A program made the position numbers and the translations under genes. The notes under the pieces are model-generated. The model saw only the letters and a list, made by a program, of their open reading frames with translations. It made no database searches and was not told where the DNA came from. Below are positions 9,103 to 18,661 of a stretch of DNA of 64,000 nt, piece by piece. The stretch's first letter is position 1. Each line of letters opens with the position of its first letter. The stretch spans positions 596,100 to 660,099 of the forward strand of contig OY762938.1 in the NCBI GenBank assembly GCA_963667075.1, in the 5' to 3' direction. The DNA is from an uncultured Micavibrio sp. GTDB taxonomy: Bacteria > Pseudomonadota > Alphaproteobacteria > Micavibrionales > Micavibrionaceae.

Positions 9103-9956
9103 CAGAAGTAATTTCAGGTCTGTCCGAAATAGAACAAAACTATGACGGGTTTATATTTGATATTTATGGGGTCCTCCACAATGGAGAAACCATTTTCCCC
9201 GGCACAAAACAACTCATGAGAAACCTGATGGATCAGGGGAAAAAGATTTGTCTGGTGTCGAATACGCCAAAAAGAAGCTGGCAATCAAAAGACGATCTAA
9301 AAGAGTTTTTTGATATTGATGAAACATACTATACCGACATCGTAACAGGCGGCGAGTCCGCTTTTGTCGGCCTTAAACCCTTTGAGGGAAAAACCTGCTG
9401 GTTTGCCGGCATTCCTGAGTTTGGCCGCATTGCGCAAGACAGTCATCTTAAGCTCGTTTCCTCTCCTGAAGGGGCTGATTTTGTGCTCAATGCCATATCG
9501 GGCTTACACGCAAAAAACAAAAGACAACTCCAGATCCATATGAGCGAGGCCCTTAAAAAAGACCTCCCCATGCTCTGCGCCAACCCGGACATGATCGTAA
9601 ATATCGGCAAAGAACAGTTTGAGTGTGGCGGCACATACGCAAAATATTACGAAGAACACGGTGGCAAAGTTTCCTATCATGGCAAGCCACATCCCCATGT
9701 TTACGACATGGCGTTTAACATTTTGGGCACCCCTGACAAGGAACGGGTCTGTGCTGTGGGAGACTCTTTCCACACAGATATTCAAGGGGCCAACCGCTAT
9801 GGCATCAATTCCATCTGGAATCTGAATGGCATTCACTGGAAAGAGGTCGCGTCCAATGATAACCCGGACAAGGCTGATGAGAGAAAAATTTTGAACTGCG
9901 TTGAACAAAACATATACAAACCATCCTTTGTTTTAAAAAACGGATTTAGATGGTAG
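9099..9956 (+). CDS. HAD-superfamily hydrolase (subfamily IIA-like)
   Basis: Motif I is FIFDIYGVLHNG, and a distal GDSFHTDIQGA motif is present. 285 aa. Its start overlaps the upstream stop by 4 bp. Confidence 0.75.
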   Translation: MTEVISGLSEIEQNYDGFIFDIYGVLHNGETIFPGTKQLMRNLMDQGKKICLVSNTPKRSWQSKDDLKEFFDIDETYYTDIVTGGESAFVGLKPFEGKTCWFAGIPEFGRIAQDSHLKLVSSPEGADFVLNAISGLHAKNKRQLQIHMSEALKKDLPMLCANPDMIVNIGKEQFECGGTYAKYYEEHGGKVSYHGKPHPHVYDMAFNILGTPDKERVCAVGDSFHTDIQGANRYGINSIWNLNGIHWKEVASNDNPDKADERKILNCVEQNIYKPSFVLKNGFRW

Positions 9957-10453
9957 GAAGACGCATTACAGTCAACGACCTGATGCAAAAGGATTACACC
10001 TACACCCTCACCGCGCCTGAAGGCCAAGAATTTGCACCAGATTTTACACCGCACCTCACCCCGAAAGACATGCTGGCCCTCGGCGTCTTCGAAGGGAAAT
10101 ATCTCAATGACTGCACGGCAGAATTCCCCTCTGACTGGTTTGAACAGGCAAAACTTGCGAAAGAAGCAGACCCTTGCCTGAATTACTTCAGGATCAAAAG
10201 CCGTCAATCCCTGCAAGTCTGGCAAAATAAAGGCTGGATCATAGAACCTGATCCGCGCGGGTGGTTTCAGTGGTATTGCCGCTATTACATGGGACGAAGA
10301 ATAGACGGCGTAGACCATAAACAAATCAAACGCTGGAAAAGTTTTGCACGTCACGCCGGACAAATCAGAGCGAACTGTGAGCCGCAAGATATCTATTGCC
10401 GCCCGCGTCAAAGACAGGCTTTGCTGCAATGGGCGTATGATCCTTTTATTTAG
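9950..10453 (+). CDS. Conserved hypothetical protein (Trp/Cys/Arg-rich, 167 aa)
   Basis: Sense-strand ORF overlapping the HAD gene's stop. No motif that I can name with confidence. Confidence 0.55.
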   Translation: MVGRRITVNDLMQKDYTYTLTAPEGQEFAPDFTPHLTPKDMLALGVFEGKYLNDCTAEFPSDWFEQAKLAKEADPCLNYFRIKSRQSLQVWQNKGWIIEPDPRGWFQWYCRYYMGRRIDGVDHKQIKRWKSFARHAGQIRANCEPQDIYCRPRQRQALLQWAYDPFI

Positions 10454-10522
10454 CCTGTTGTCTTTCGTACCAAAGCCCCCTAGAATCACGTGATTCTAAG
10501 TATTAGCTTCAGGAGTTTATTT

Positions 10523-12373
10523 ATGCGGACTATTTTGTTCTTACTCTTCATAGCCCTTTTCCCTGTACAAGCCTGTGCTGAGGATGTGGTCACAGAAGAA
10601 ACAGTAATGAAAACAATTGTGCCTGCCCCCAAAGCCCAGCATGCCGTTGCCATGCACGGCACCCCAAAATACGGAGAAGATTTCACTCATCTGGACTACG
10701 TAAACCCGGAGGCCCCCAAAGGCGGCACCCTTAAGATGCACGAAATCGGTACCTTTGACAGTGTTAATCCTTTCATTGTGAAAGGCTCTCCTGCGGCCGG
10801 TCTGACCTTCCTTGGAAACAACCATTTGTATGAAAGCCTTATGGAACAGAGTTATGATGAACCTTTTTCCATGTATGGCCTGATCGCAGAATCCATTGAA
10901 CTGCCTAAAGACAAAGGCTGGGTCGCCTTTAACATACGTAAAGAAGCCAAATGGCACGATGGCACTTCTATCACGGCAGATGACGTTGTGTGGACCTTTA
11001 ACACAATAATGGAAAAAGGCTCCCCCTTTTTTAAAGCCTATTACGGCGATGTCAGCGCCGTTGAGGCGACATCGCCCTCCCGTGTTAAATTCACCTTTAA
11101 ACATCCAGATAATGCAGAGCTTCCCTTGGTCATCGCACAAATGACCGTCCTGCCCAAACATTATTGGGAAAAGCCTGAGAATAATTTTGAAGAAACATCA
11201 CTAGCCCCGCCACTTGGAAGCGGCCCCTACAAAATTGAAAAAATAGTCCCCGGCCATTCGATTATATATGCGCGTGTAGGGGACTGGTGGGGCAAGGATC
11301 TGCCCATAAACAAGGGGAAATATAATTTCGATCATATCGAATATGATTATTATCGTGATGCCAATGTCGCCCTTGAGGCCTTTTTTGCTGGCGAATATGA
11401 TGTCCGTCTGGAAAGTATCGCCAAGCTCTGGGAAACCGGATATAACGCCCCGTCCATCACAGATGGCCGTATCATAAAAGAAGAGATCCCGCATGAACGC
11501 CCTGCCGGTATGCAGGCCTTCCTTTATAATATCCGCAAGCCAGTTTTTCAGGATATTGCCGTCCGCAAAGCACTGGCTTACGCCTTTGATTTCGAATGGT
11601 CGAACAAGCAATTCGCGTTTGACTCGTACACCCGTACAAAAAGCTTTTTCGAGAATTCAGACTTAGCCTCAAACGGCCTGCCACAAGGCAAAGAACGCGA
11701 AATTCTGGAACAATTTAAGGGAAGAATACCAGACGATGTTTTTGGAAAGGTCTATACACCACCAGAATCAGATGGCTCTGGCAACAACCGCGCTAACTTA
11801 CGCACAGCCATGCGCCTATTGGAAGATGCCGGTTACAGACTTGGCCCGGATGGTGTGCGGACACACGAAAAAACGGGCGTGCGGCTGGAATTTGAAATCG
11901 TAGACGCAAACCCGGCCTTTGAACGCTGGACACTGCCCTTTATCGGCAATCTGGAGCGTATTGGTGTAAAAGCCTCTTTCCGTGTCATTGACCCCGCTCA
12001 ATACCAGAACCGTATCAGTGATTTTGATTTTGATATGACCATCGGCAGCATCGCGCAATCGGAATCACCCGGAAACGAACAACGTGATTTTTGGAATTCA
12101 GCGAAAGCGGATCTAAAAGGCTCCAGAAACTATATCGGCATTAAAGATCCAGTTGTTGACGAGATCGTTGAAAAAATTATTAACGCATCATCGCGTGAAG
12201 AACTTGTTGCCTATTGCCACGCACTAGATCGTATTTTGCTGCATAGCTATTACGTTATCCCACAATGGCATTTCGGCAGTTGGCGTATAGCGCATCAAAA
12301 AGATATCAAACGCCCCGAAACACTTTCTAAAATTTCGCCTGGCATTACAACAACATGGTGGAGGGCCCCCTAA
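10523..12373 (+). CDS. ABC transporter substrate-binding protein, family 5 (YejA/peptide-type)
   Basis: Signal peptide MRTILFLLFIALFPVQACA, preceded by AGGAG 7 nt upstream. It has the length and sequence pattern of family-5 SBPs (WHDG, DPA.YQNR). The ORF track starts at a GTG at 10490. Confidence 0.8.
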   Translation: MRTILFLLFIALFPVQACAEDVVTEETVMKTIVPAPKAQHAVAMHGTPKYGEDFTHLDYVNPEAPKGGTLKMHEIGTFDSVNPFIVKGSPAAGLTFLGNNHLYESLMEQSYDEPFSMYGLIAESIELPKDKGWVAFNIRKEAKWHDGTSITADDVVWTFNTIMEKGSPFFKAYYGDVSAVEATSPSRVKFTFKHPDNAELPLVIAQMTVLPKHYWEKPENNFEETSLAPPLGSGPYKIEKIVPGHSIIYARVGDWWGKDLPINKGKYNFDHIEYDYYRDANVALEAFFAGEYDVRLESIAKLWETGYNAPSITDGRIIKEEIPHERPAGMQAFLYNIRKPVFQDIAVRKALAYAFDFEWSNKQFAFDSYTRTKSFFENSDLASNGLPQGKEREILEQFKGRIPDDVFGKVYTPPESDGSGNNRANLRTAMRLLEDAGYRLGPDGVRTHEKTGVRLEFEIVDANPAFERWTLPFIGNLERIGVKASFRVIDPAQYQNRISDFDFDMTIGSIAQSESPGNEQRDFWNSAKADLKGSRNYIGIKDPVVDEIVEKIINASSREELVAYCHALDRILLHSYYVIPQWHFGSWRIAHQKDIKRPETLSKISPGITTTWWRAP

Positions 12374-12377
12374 AAGC

Positions 12378-13007
12378 ATGAAACCCGACAGGATCAGACA
12401 ACATAAATTTTTTCTTCTTTTTCTTATCTTGCCGCTCTTATGCGCATTCTCCTTTGGAAAAAAAGATGGGCAAAAGGAAGATTTAGCTCTCTTTCCTGGC
12501 CCGGAAGCCTTCGCTGAATGGGACCTCTTCGTGGACAGAGAAACAGCAAAAACAACCATCAGTCGCGAAATTTATCCTGATAACAGTCTAAACATTGGGT
12601 ATTCTTTAGATACGCAGGAAGACTGTGAGGAGCCGTTGAATATTAAAGGGGTTGTCGGCTATGAAATCTCGGCGTTTCATGCAAAAATGTCACATATTGG
12701 TAATACCGCAGGCTTTGCTTTTGGTACACTGGGGGCTGTATCCATCCAGAATATCGGTGGTGTAAAAACTTACGGCGATGAATCTTCCCTATCTCTTCTT
12801 GTTGCAGAAAATGGGCCATTTGGTAATCTTTTTCTGGTGCGCAAAGCCAACAAAACCTACCTGCTGGCCATCGCCGGTATGTATTTTGATGACCCAGCAC
12901 TATGGGATGACTTTATAAGGCCATACATGACCTATTTCGAAACTTACGACCCGATAAAAACGGGGCAGAAAAAAGACGATAAAGAAGGGAATAAGGAAGA
13001 ACAATGA
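12378..13007 (+). CDS. Hypothetical secreted protein
   Basis: 209-aa ORF starting 4 nt after the SBP stop. It has an N-terminal hydrophobic signal-like segment and a Lys/Glu-rich tail. Confidence 0.55.
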   Translation: MKPDRIRQHKFFLLFLILPLLCAFSFGKKDGQKEDLALFPGPEAFAEWDLFVDRETAKTTISREIYPDNSLNIGYSLDTQEDCEEPLNIKGVVGYEISAFHAKMSHIGNTAGFAFGTLGAVSIQNIGGVKTYGDESSLSLLVAENGPFGNLFLVRKANKTYLLAIAGMYFDDPALWDDFIRPYMTYFETYDPIKTGQKKDDKEGNKEEQ

Positions 13008-13885
13008 GCACAGCCATTATTATACCTGCACGTTATAACTCCAGTCGTTTTCCAGGAAAACCCCTTGCCATACTGGATGATAAAAGTATCTTGCAGCACG
13101 TTTACGACAGTGCCACAAAAGCGTCATCAAAGAACGATACTGTTGTTGTCGCCACAGAAGATGAAAGAATTGAAAAACACTGTAAAAAGCATGACATGCG
13201 CTGTGTTATGACCTCCGAAGATTGTGAAACAGGCACTGACCGTATTGTTGACGCCCTTGACATTATTAGAGAAGAACCTGAATACATTGTTAACCTTCAA
13301 GGCGATGCGCCCTTTACCCCACCTGCGTTTATTCGTGCCGTTTTGGACACGCTGGCCATACACAAAGAGTTTGATATCGTAACACCGGTAGAACAACTTT
13401 CCTGGGATGCTTTAGACAAAATGCGCATACACAAGGCTGTTGAACCTTTTAGCGGTACAACCGCCATATTGGGAGAAGGAAACAAGGCCTTATGGTTTTC
13501 CAAACAAATCCTGCCCGCCATCCGCAATGAGTCAGAATTCAGAAAGAAAAGCAACTTATCCCCCGTATGCCGCCATATTGGACTCTATGGCTTTAAAAGA
13601 GAATCTCTTGAACGATACGCTGCACTTGAACCCTCGAGATACGAAAAGCTCGAAGGACTGGAACAGCTTCGTGCCCTTCAGGCCGGCATGAATATAAAAT
13701 GCATTTTTGTAGACTATAAAGGCCTCCCTTCTTTTTCCGGCATTGACACGCCTGAAGATCTGGAACAAGCCAGAAAAATTCTGAAAGAACACGGTGAGTG
13801 GAAAAACGAAAAACAGCAATATTCAATAGGAGAAAATGAAACAGAAAATGAAGAAGAACAACAAAACACCGACGAGAATGAATAA
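13004..13885 (+). CDS. kdsB: 3-deoxy-manno-octulosonate cytidylyltransferase (CMP-KDO synthetase) with an acidic C-terminal tail
   Basis: IIPARYNSSRFPGKPL, GTDR and NLQGDAPF motifs. About 45 extra E/N/Q-rich residues at the C-terminus. Confidence 0.85.
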   Translation: MSTAIIIPARYNSSRFPGKPLAILDDKSILQHVYDSATKASSKNDTVVVATEDERIEKHCKKHDMRCVMTSEDCETGTDRIVDALDIIREEPEYIVNLQGDAPFTPPAFIRAVLDTLAIHKEFDIVTPVEQLSWDALDKMRIHKAVEPFSGTTAILGEGNKALWFSKQILPAIRNESEFRKKSNLSPVCRHIGLYGFKRESLERYAALEPSRYEKLEGLEQLRALQAGMNIKCIFVDYKGLPSFSGIDTPEDLEQARKILKEHGEWKNEKQQYSIGENETENEEEQQNTDENE

Positions 13886-15663
13886 TGATAAAACTTAATC
13901 TTTCAACATTAGCTGCCAGTTGTTTTCTTACGCTCTCCTTTATTATTGGGCTGTTCTTTACGGGAGACGGAAATATTTTGTTTGCGCCGTCTCTTTTTTG
14001 TCTGATTGCTTTTGTTGCACTCTCCTTGTCTCAGGCAAAAACATTGCCTCTGACCCCTCTGTCTTTCATGCTACTCGGCTTTTGGGTTTACATCTCCATC
14101 ATTCTGTTTTGGAGCTATGTCCCTTTTGTCAGCTTTGTGACGTGGCTTATTTTATCAGCCCTGCCACTGACATGGATTGGCCTGTCTTTATATCCTGAGA
14201 AAGAAAAACTTTATACACTTTCCGGGACGTTCTTATTGCTGTCGATGGCTGTTCTGGCCTGCTGGGCGATCATTCAGACAACAATCCTGCGCGAACAATA
14301 CGATAGTTTTGCCCATCATCCGCTTATCAATCCCAACAATATGGGTGTCCTATTTAACCTCGGCCTCTTCCCCAGTCTGGCCTTATTTATAACAGCAGAA
14401 GAAAAAAGGATTAAATTTGCGACACTGGCACTGTTTGTTTTGCTTTTTACAGCTTTATTAAGCACAGGCAGCCAGGGGGCTGTCTTTTTCTCAATCCCGG
14501 CATTGCTTCTCAGTCTGTTTATTTTGCGTAAACCGGTTATGCGGCACAAATATCTTTTGCCCTTCATCGCTGCCGGGCTGGTTTGCGGCCTTCTCTTTTT
14601 TACAGCCACGCACACCGATCTGGTTAAGAATTTTAAAGGCCTTATCTCTTTGGATACGCTGGATGACCGCATTGCCCTTTGGAAAGCCACATTCAAAATA
14701 GCAGGGACCGCCCCATGGACAGGGACGGGTGCCGGTACCTTTTATCTTTTTTACCCTGCTATCAGAGATCCCTTTGCCGGCGATACCTCAGCCGGTCAGT
14801 TCTCGCATATGGACCCTTTACAGTTCTGGAGTGAAATGGGCATTCTGGCCCCTGTTCTATTCTACGGCATATTTATAGCAATACTGTCAAACTGCATAAC
14901 AGCTTTAAAAACAGCCAAAGAAGACTCGTGGGAGCGCCTTGTTATTGCCGCTTGTGCCCCTGCCCTTCTAACCTTTTTTCTGCATATGCATATCTCTTTT
15001 CCTTCATATGTGCTCCCCATCATGATAGGCGTGGGCTTTTTAACCGCTGCCATACAAAGCGTTACAGAAGGAAAGGAACATAAAACCCTTCACCTTAAAC
15101 CTGAAGGGCTTTACCCTTTTGTTGTTTTCATTACCTTACTTTATGGTTATGGGGCATTCAGCACAGCCGCCGGCATGTATTTTATGGAAGAGGCCAACCG
15201 CTCTTTCGCTTTCAAGCGCGAAGAACAAGCCGTGGCCTCTTTGCAATCGGCCAAAGACTGGGGACCATTTTTCTACGCAGACCCTTATATCCGTGAAGCA
15301 CAGTATTATATAGAAGACAAAGGCAACTATGATAAGGGCTGGATCGCCCTTAAAACAGCCGGTTTATGGGATCCTGTACAGCCTGATATTTCATACTTTT
15401 ACGGTGTCCTTGGCCGTTTCTCAGGTAAGGCAGGACAGGAAAAACCCTTTTATGAACAGGCCTTGCATTATGACCCCAGTCATTTTAAATCCCGTATGGC
15501 GCTCGTTAACATTCTTCAGAGAAAAGGACAAAACATCGAAGCCATGAAACAGCTTGGCGACGCTATGATCCACACAAGATCCCCCATCGCATTGCAATTC
15601 TACAAAGCAAAATGGAAAGAGCTTGAACACATCGTCAATCAGAAAAGAGCCGCCCAACAATGA
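13885..15663 (+). CDS. O-antigen ligase (Wzy_C)-like polytopic membrane protein with a TPR-like C-terminal domain
   Basis: At least 10 predicted TM helices. It has a loop with a W.GTGAGTF...H motif typical of the WaaL/O-antigen polymerase family. The soluble C-terminus is helical and repeat-like. Confidence 0.7.
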   Translation: MIKLNLSTLAASCFLTLSFIIGLFFTGDGNILFAPSLFCLIAFVALSLSQAKTLPLTPLSFMLLGFWVYISIILFWSYVPFVSFVTWLILSALPLTWIGLSLYPEKEKLYTLSGTFLLLSMAVLACWAIIQTTILREQYDSFAHHPLINPNNMGVLFNLGLFPSLALFITAEEKRIKFATLALFVLLFTALLSTGSQGAVFFSIPALLLSLFILRKPVMRHKYLLPFIAAGLVCGLLFFTATHTDLVKNFKGLISLDTLDDRIALWKATFKIAGTAPWTGTGAGTFYLFYPAIRDPFAGDTSAGQFSHMDPLQFWSEMGILAPVLFYGIFIAILSNCITALKTAKEDSWERLVIAACAPALLTFFLHMHISFPSYVLPIMIGVGFLTAAIQSVTEGKEHKTLHLKPEGLYPFVVFITLLYGYGAFSTAAGMYFMEEANRSFAFKREEQAVASLQSAKDWGPFFYADPYIREAQYYIEDKGNYDKGWIALKTAGLWDPVQPDISYFYGVLGRFSGKAGQEKPFYEQALHYDPSHFKSRMALVNILQRKGQNIEAMKQLGDAMIHTRSPIALQFYKAKWKELEHIVNQKRAAQQ

Positions 15664-16286
15664 GCAAAGCAACCACTCTTATTATAGCACGACACGGCAA
15701 CACTTTTGAAAAAGGTCAACCCCCGACAAGAGTCGGCGGCAGAACAGACTTGCCGCTGGTCGAGAGTGGCGAAGAACAAGCCCGAAAAATCGGACGTTTT
15801 CTATCCGCAACCGCAACATACCCGGATGTCATTTATGCCTCAAAACTAGAGCGGACATTGCAAACCGCAAAACTGGCCTTAAAAGAAGCCAAATACACAG
15901 AGCCTGTTTATGCGCTTGATATTTTCAACGAAATTGATTACGGCCCTGACGAAAATAAGACCGAAGAAGACGTTATCGCCCGGATAGGCAAACAAGCCAT
16001 AGCAGACTGGGATGAACACGCTAAAGTCCCGGATGGGTGGCTCGTTGATCCAGACCAAATCATCAAAAACTGGCTGGATTTTGGCGAACATATTACAAAA
16101 GAAGATGAAGGTGATGTCGTCATGGTCGTGACATCAAACGGTATAGCCCGCTTCGCCCCTCATTTAACAGGTAACTTCGAAGGGTTTCGAAAAGAAAATG
16201 ACATTAAAATATCAACAGGTGCCCTTTGCATCCTGCACCACGATGGCAAAGTCTGGACAATAAAAGGCTGGAATATAAAACCTTAG
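15660..16286 (+). CDS. Histidine phosphatase (phosphoglycerate mutase-like) family protein
   Basis: An RHG catalytic motif lies at the N-terminus (LIIARHGNT). 208 aa. It overlaps the upstream gene by 4 bp. Confidence 0.75.
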   Translation: MSKATTLIIARHGNTFEKGQPPTRVGGRTDLPLVESGEEQARKIGRFLSATATYPDVIYASKLERTLQTAKLALKEAKYTEPVYALDIFNEIDYGPDENKTEEDVIARIGKQAIADWDEHAKVPDGWLVDPDQIIKNWLDFGEHITKEDEGDVVMVVTSNGIARFAPHLTGNFEGFRKENDIKISTGALCILHHDGKVWTIKGWNIKP

Positions 16287-16302
16287 AAAAAGGTAAAGCG
16301 TA

Positions 16303-16704
16303 TTAAAATTCTCCAGCCTCATCTGATACGCCAGCGAGATCTTCAAGTGATGGCTCGTCATCCATGTCGTCATCGCCTTCACGTACTGCACGCTCTTCTT
16401 CTGTCGCTTTGGATACAATAGAATTCCATTCTTCTTCGCCATGCATAAGGTCGATGGCCTCATCGTCTTCGTCTCTTTGGATAATTCTTTGATGAGAGGC
16501 GATAAGCTCCTCTTTCAGTTCCTCGACAGAAACGGTTTCTTCTGCAATTTCGCGCAATGACACAACAGGGTTTTTATCGTTATCGCGATCCACAGTCAAA
16601 GCCGCTCCCATCCCAATACGCCGGGCGCGCTGAGATGCTGCCATAACCAGCTCAAAACGATTAGAAACTCTTTCAACACAATCTTCAACGGTAACACGTG
16701 CCAT
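16303..16704 (-). CDS. rpoZ: DNA-directed RNA polymerase omega subunit
   Basis: [30 protein letters not shown] is the canonical RpoZ N-terminus. It has an acidic C-terminal tail. Confidence 0.92.
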   Translation of the reverse strand: MARVTVEDCVERVSNRFELVMAASQRARRIGMGAALTVDRDNDKNPVVSLREIAEETVSVEELKEELIASHQRIIQRDEDDEAIDLMHGEEEWNSIVSKATEEERAVREGDDDMDDEPSLEDLAGVSDEAGEF

Positions 16705-16902
16705 TTGATATATTCTTTCCTGCTATAGTTATTCCACCGCCCTGTATAAAAGGCTTCAACAAAAAAGGCAAGATTTTAATCACATCTACAAAAGCAATCA
16801 CTTTTAAATAATGATCGCGCGCCTCTTTTCCTTAATATTATTTTCATATTTCTAATATACTCTTTCTGACGGGTCAATAAACAAGGATGGAGTTGGGGTC
16901 AG

Positions 16903-17796
16903 ATGCCTTGGGTTTTTGCTGCTTATTTTGGGAATATTATTGAGCAACTTCTAATTACAGGCTTCCTGCACAGCCTGCAGCCTTTGCTCTTCATGGCAAT
17001 CTTTTATATCTTTTCGGCTGTTTTCACCGGTATATGGTTTGCTTATTCATGTAAAAACGGATTAGCTGAAAAACTTCGCTTGTTTAGCGAACATAAAATA
17101 TGGTTTTCCCTTTATCTTGGCGGCAACATAGTGGGAAATGGCACCTGGTTTGCCTCTGTTTATATATCAGGCCTGAGCACAACTGCCGTCATTTTGTGTT
17201 TCACGCGTATCCTTATTGTCACTTATGCTTTTGTGTACATGAAGGACCGCTTCCCAGCGGATAAGGCTTTTGCTTTGTTTGTCAGTTTTATTGCCATTAT
17301 CCTGTTTTCTCTGGCAGGAAAAGAACTTAATCAAAGCTGGGGCGCCCTGCTTGCCATTACGTCGTGCTTTGGTTATGCCACAAAAAGCATCGCTTCCAAA
17401 AAACTTATGCAGCTTGATGCCTGCCCTGCCACAGCAACCTTTGCGCGTCAGATCAGCCATGCTGTTTTATTTTCCGGGCTCGCACTACTTGGCACAGATC
17501 ACGCAGATATCTTCTTTTCAATAAACGGAACCATCCTTTCCGGTATTGTTCTGACCGCTTTTCTGGGGGGACTGCTGGTCAACATGTTCTCACTTTATGG
17601 TTTGCGCACAGTCAATCTGTCCAGTCACGAAGCCGTTATGGGCACAAAACCTGTCCTGATTGCAGCATTTGGTATCTTATTTTTTGGAGAGCAGCTCAGT
17701 CAGGAACAAATTGTACTGGCCGGTATTATCTTTTTGTCCTCTTTTTACTTCCTGACACAAAAGAGAAGACGCCTTCTGCCAGAGCAAATCGGTTAG
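16903..17796 (+). CDS. DMT (EamA-like) family transporter
   Basis: About 10 TM helices in a two-repeat architecture, 297 aa. The start codon is uncertain. Confidence 0.6.
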   Translation: MPWVFAAYFGNIIEQLLITGFLHSLQPLLFMAIFYIFSAVFTGIWFAYSCKNGLAEKLRLFSEHKIWFSLYLGGNIVGNGTWFASVYISGLSTTAVILCFTRILIVTYAFVYMKDRFPADKAFALFVSFIAIILFSLAGKELNQSWGALLAITSCFGYATKSIASKKLMQLDACPATATFARQISHAVLFSGLALLGTDHADIFFSINGTILSGIVLTAFLGGLLVNMFSLYGLRTVNLSSHEAVMGTKPVLIAAFGILFFGEQLSQEQIVLAGIIFLSSFYFLTQKRRRLLPEQIG

Positions 17797-17971
17797 ATAT
17801 AGCGCATAAATCCATGATCATTTTATGTCGCATAAGCTATAAAACAGCGTTAATCGTTACATTCAATTTCACAATTGAATAACATCAAAATCGGTTGCTC
17901 CCTTAAATATAATATGTTAAGAACACCTCTTGTATGGGATTTAGTAGAAGGAATTACAGGAGTTATTATTA

Positions 17972-18652
17972 ATGTCTTCACCACTTAAAAAATTATTAGT
18001 CATCGGTACGATGATTACAACATTTGCCTTGGCTGCGGGGACAACCGCTGCCTCAACGATTGAAACCACGATTAATTTTGATGATCTTCCTCCCTCCACA
18101 GCATATGATGCCCCCTATGTGGCTAATGATGGTTTTGTTATTAGCGGCCCTGATTTCCTTTGGAGGGAACCGTCAGGTGGTATACTGCAAAGCAGCGCTC
18201 CCCCCTCATTGGTTTTGACGCGTGGAGACGGTTCAGCCTTTGACTGGATTTCAATGGATGTTGCAGAAATATTTTGGGGCAAAGATTTACTGATGGTCGT
18301 CACAGGGACCAAAAGCGATTCTTCGACTCTGACAGAGTATTTTGCCATGTTGGCAGATGAAGGGAGAACCTTCGAAACTATTACAGCTACAATGGATTTT
18401 TCAGATATAACCTCACTAACCTGGGACGCTTATAATTCTGCCAATGGTGATTTGCTTTTGCACGCATTTAATAATATTAAGGCCTCCTATGATGATGGCT
18501 CCACGACAAACCCAAACAACACAGTGCCAGAATCTGGCACAATCCTGCTGGCTGCTGCTGGTTTTGCTGGCGCAGCGTGGGTAGCTCGTCGTCGTGAAGA
18601 AGATGAAAATACCCCGCAAAATGGGCCTCAGCCACCAACACCGAAAGTGTAA
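17972..18652 (+). CDS. Secreted protein with a PEP-CTERM-like C-terminal anchor
   Basis: N-terminal signal peptide. The C-terminus reads VPESGTILLAAAGFAGAAWVARRR, that is a PE motif, a hydrophobic helix and then an Arg cluster. A further 20-aa tail follows. Confidence 0.6.
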   Translation: MSSPLKKLLVIGTMITTFALAAGTTAASTIETTINFDDLPPSTAYDAPYVANDGFVISGPDFLWREPSGGILQSSAPPSLVLTRGDGSAFDWISMDVAEIFWGKDLLMVVTGTKSDSSTLTEYFAMLADEGRTFETITATMDFSDITSLTWDAYNSANGDLLLHAFNNIKASYDDGSTTNPNNTVPESGTILLAAAGFAGAAWVARRREEDENTPQNGPQPPTPKV

Positions 18653-18661
18653 TTGATTCCG

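Noticed and set aside
9833-10489. 218-aa minus-strand ORF
   Set aside because: It is antisense to the 9950-10453 ORF and to the end of the HAD gene. The plus-strand genes form a coupled series. There is no start context or motif support for the antisense frame.
12378-13007. Idea that the 209-aa protein after the SBP is a transporter component
   Set aside because: It has a single N-terminal hydrophobic segment only. It has no permease-like TM bundle and no Walker motifs.
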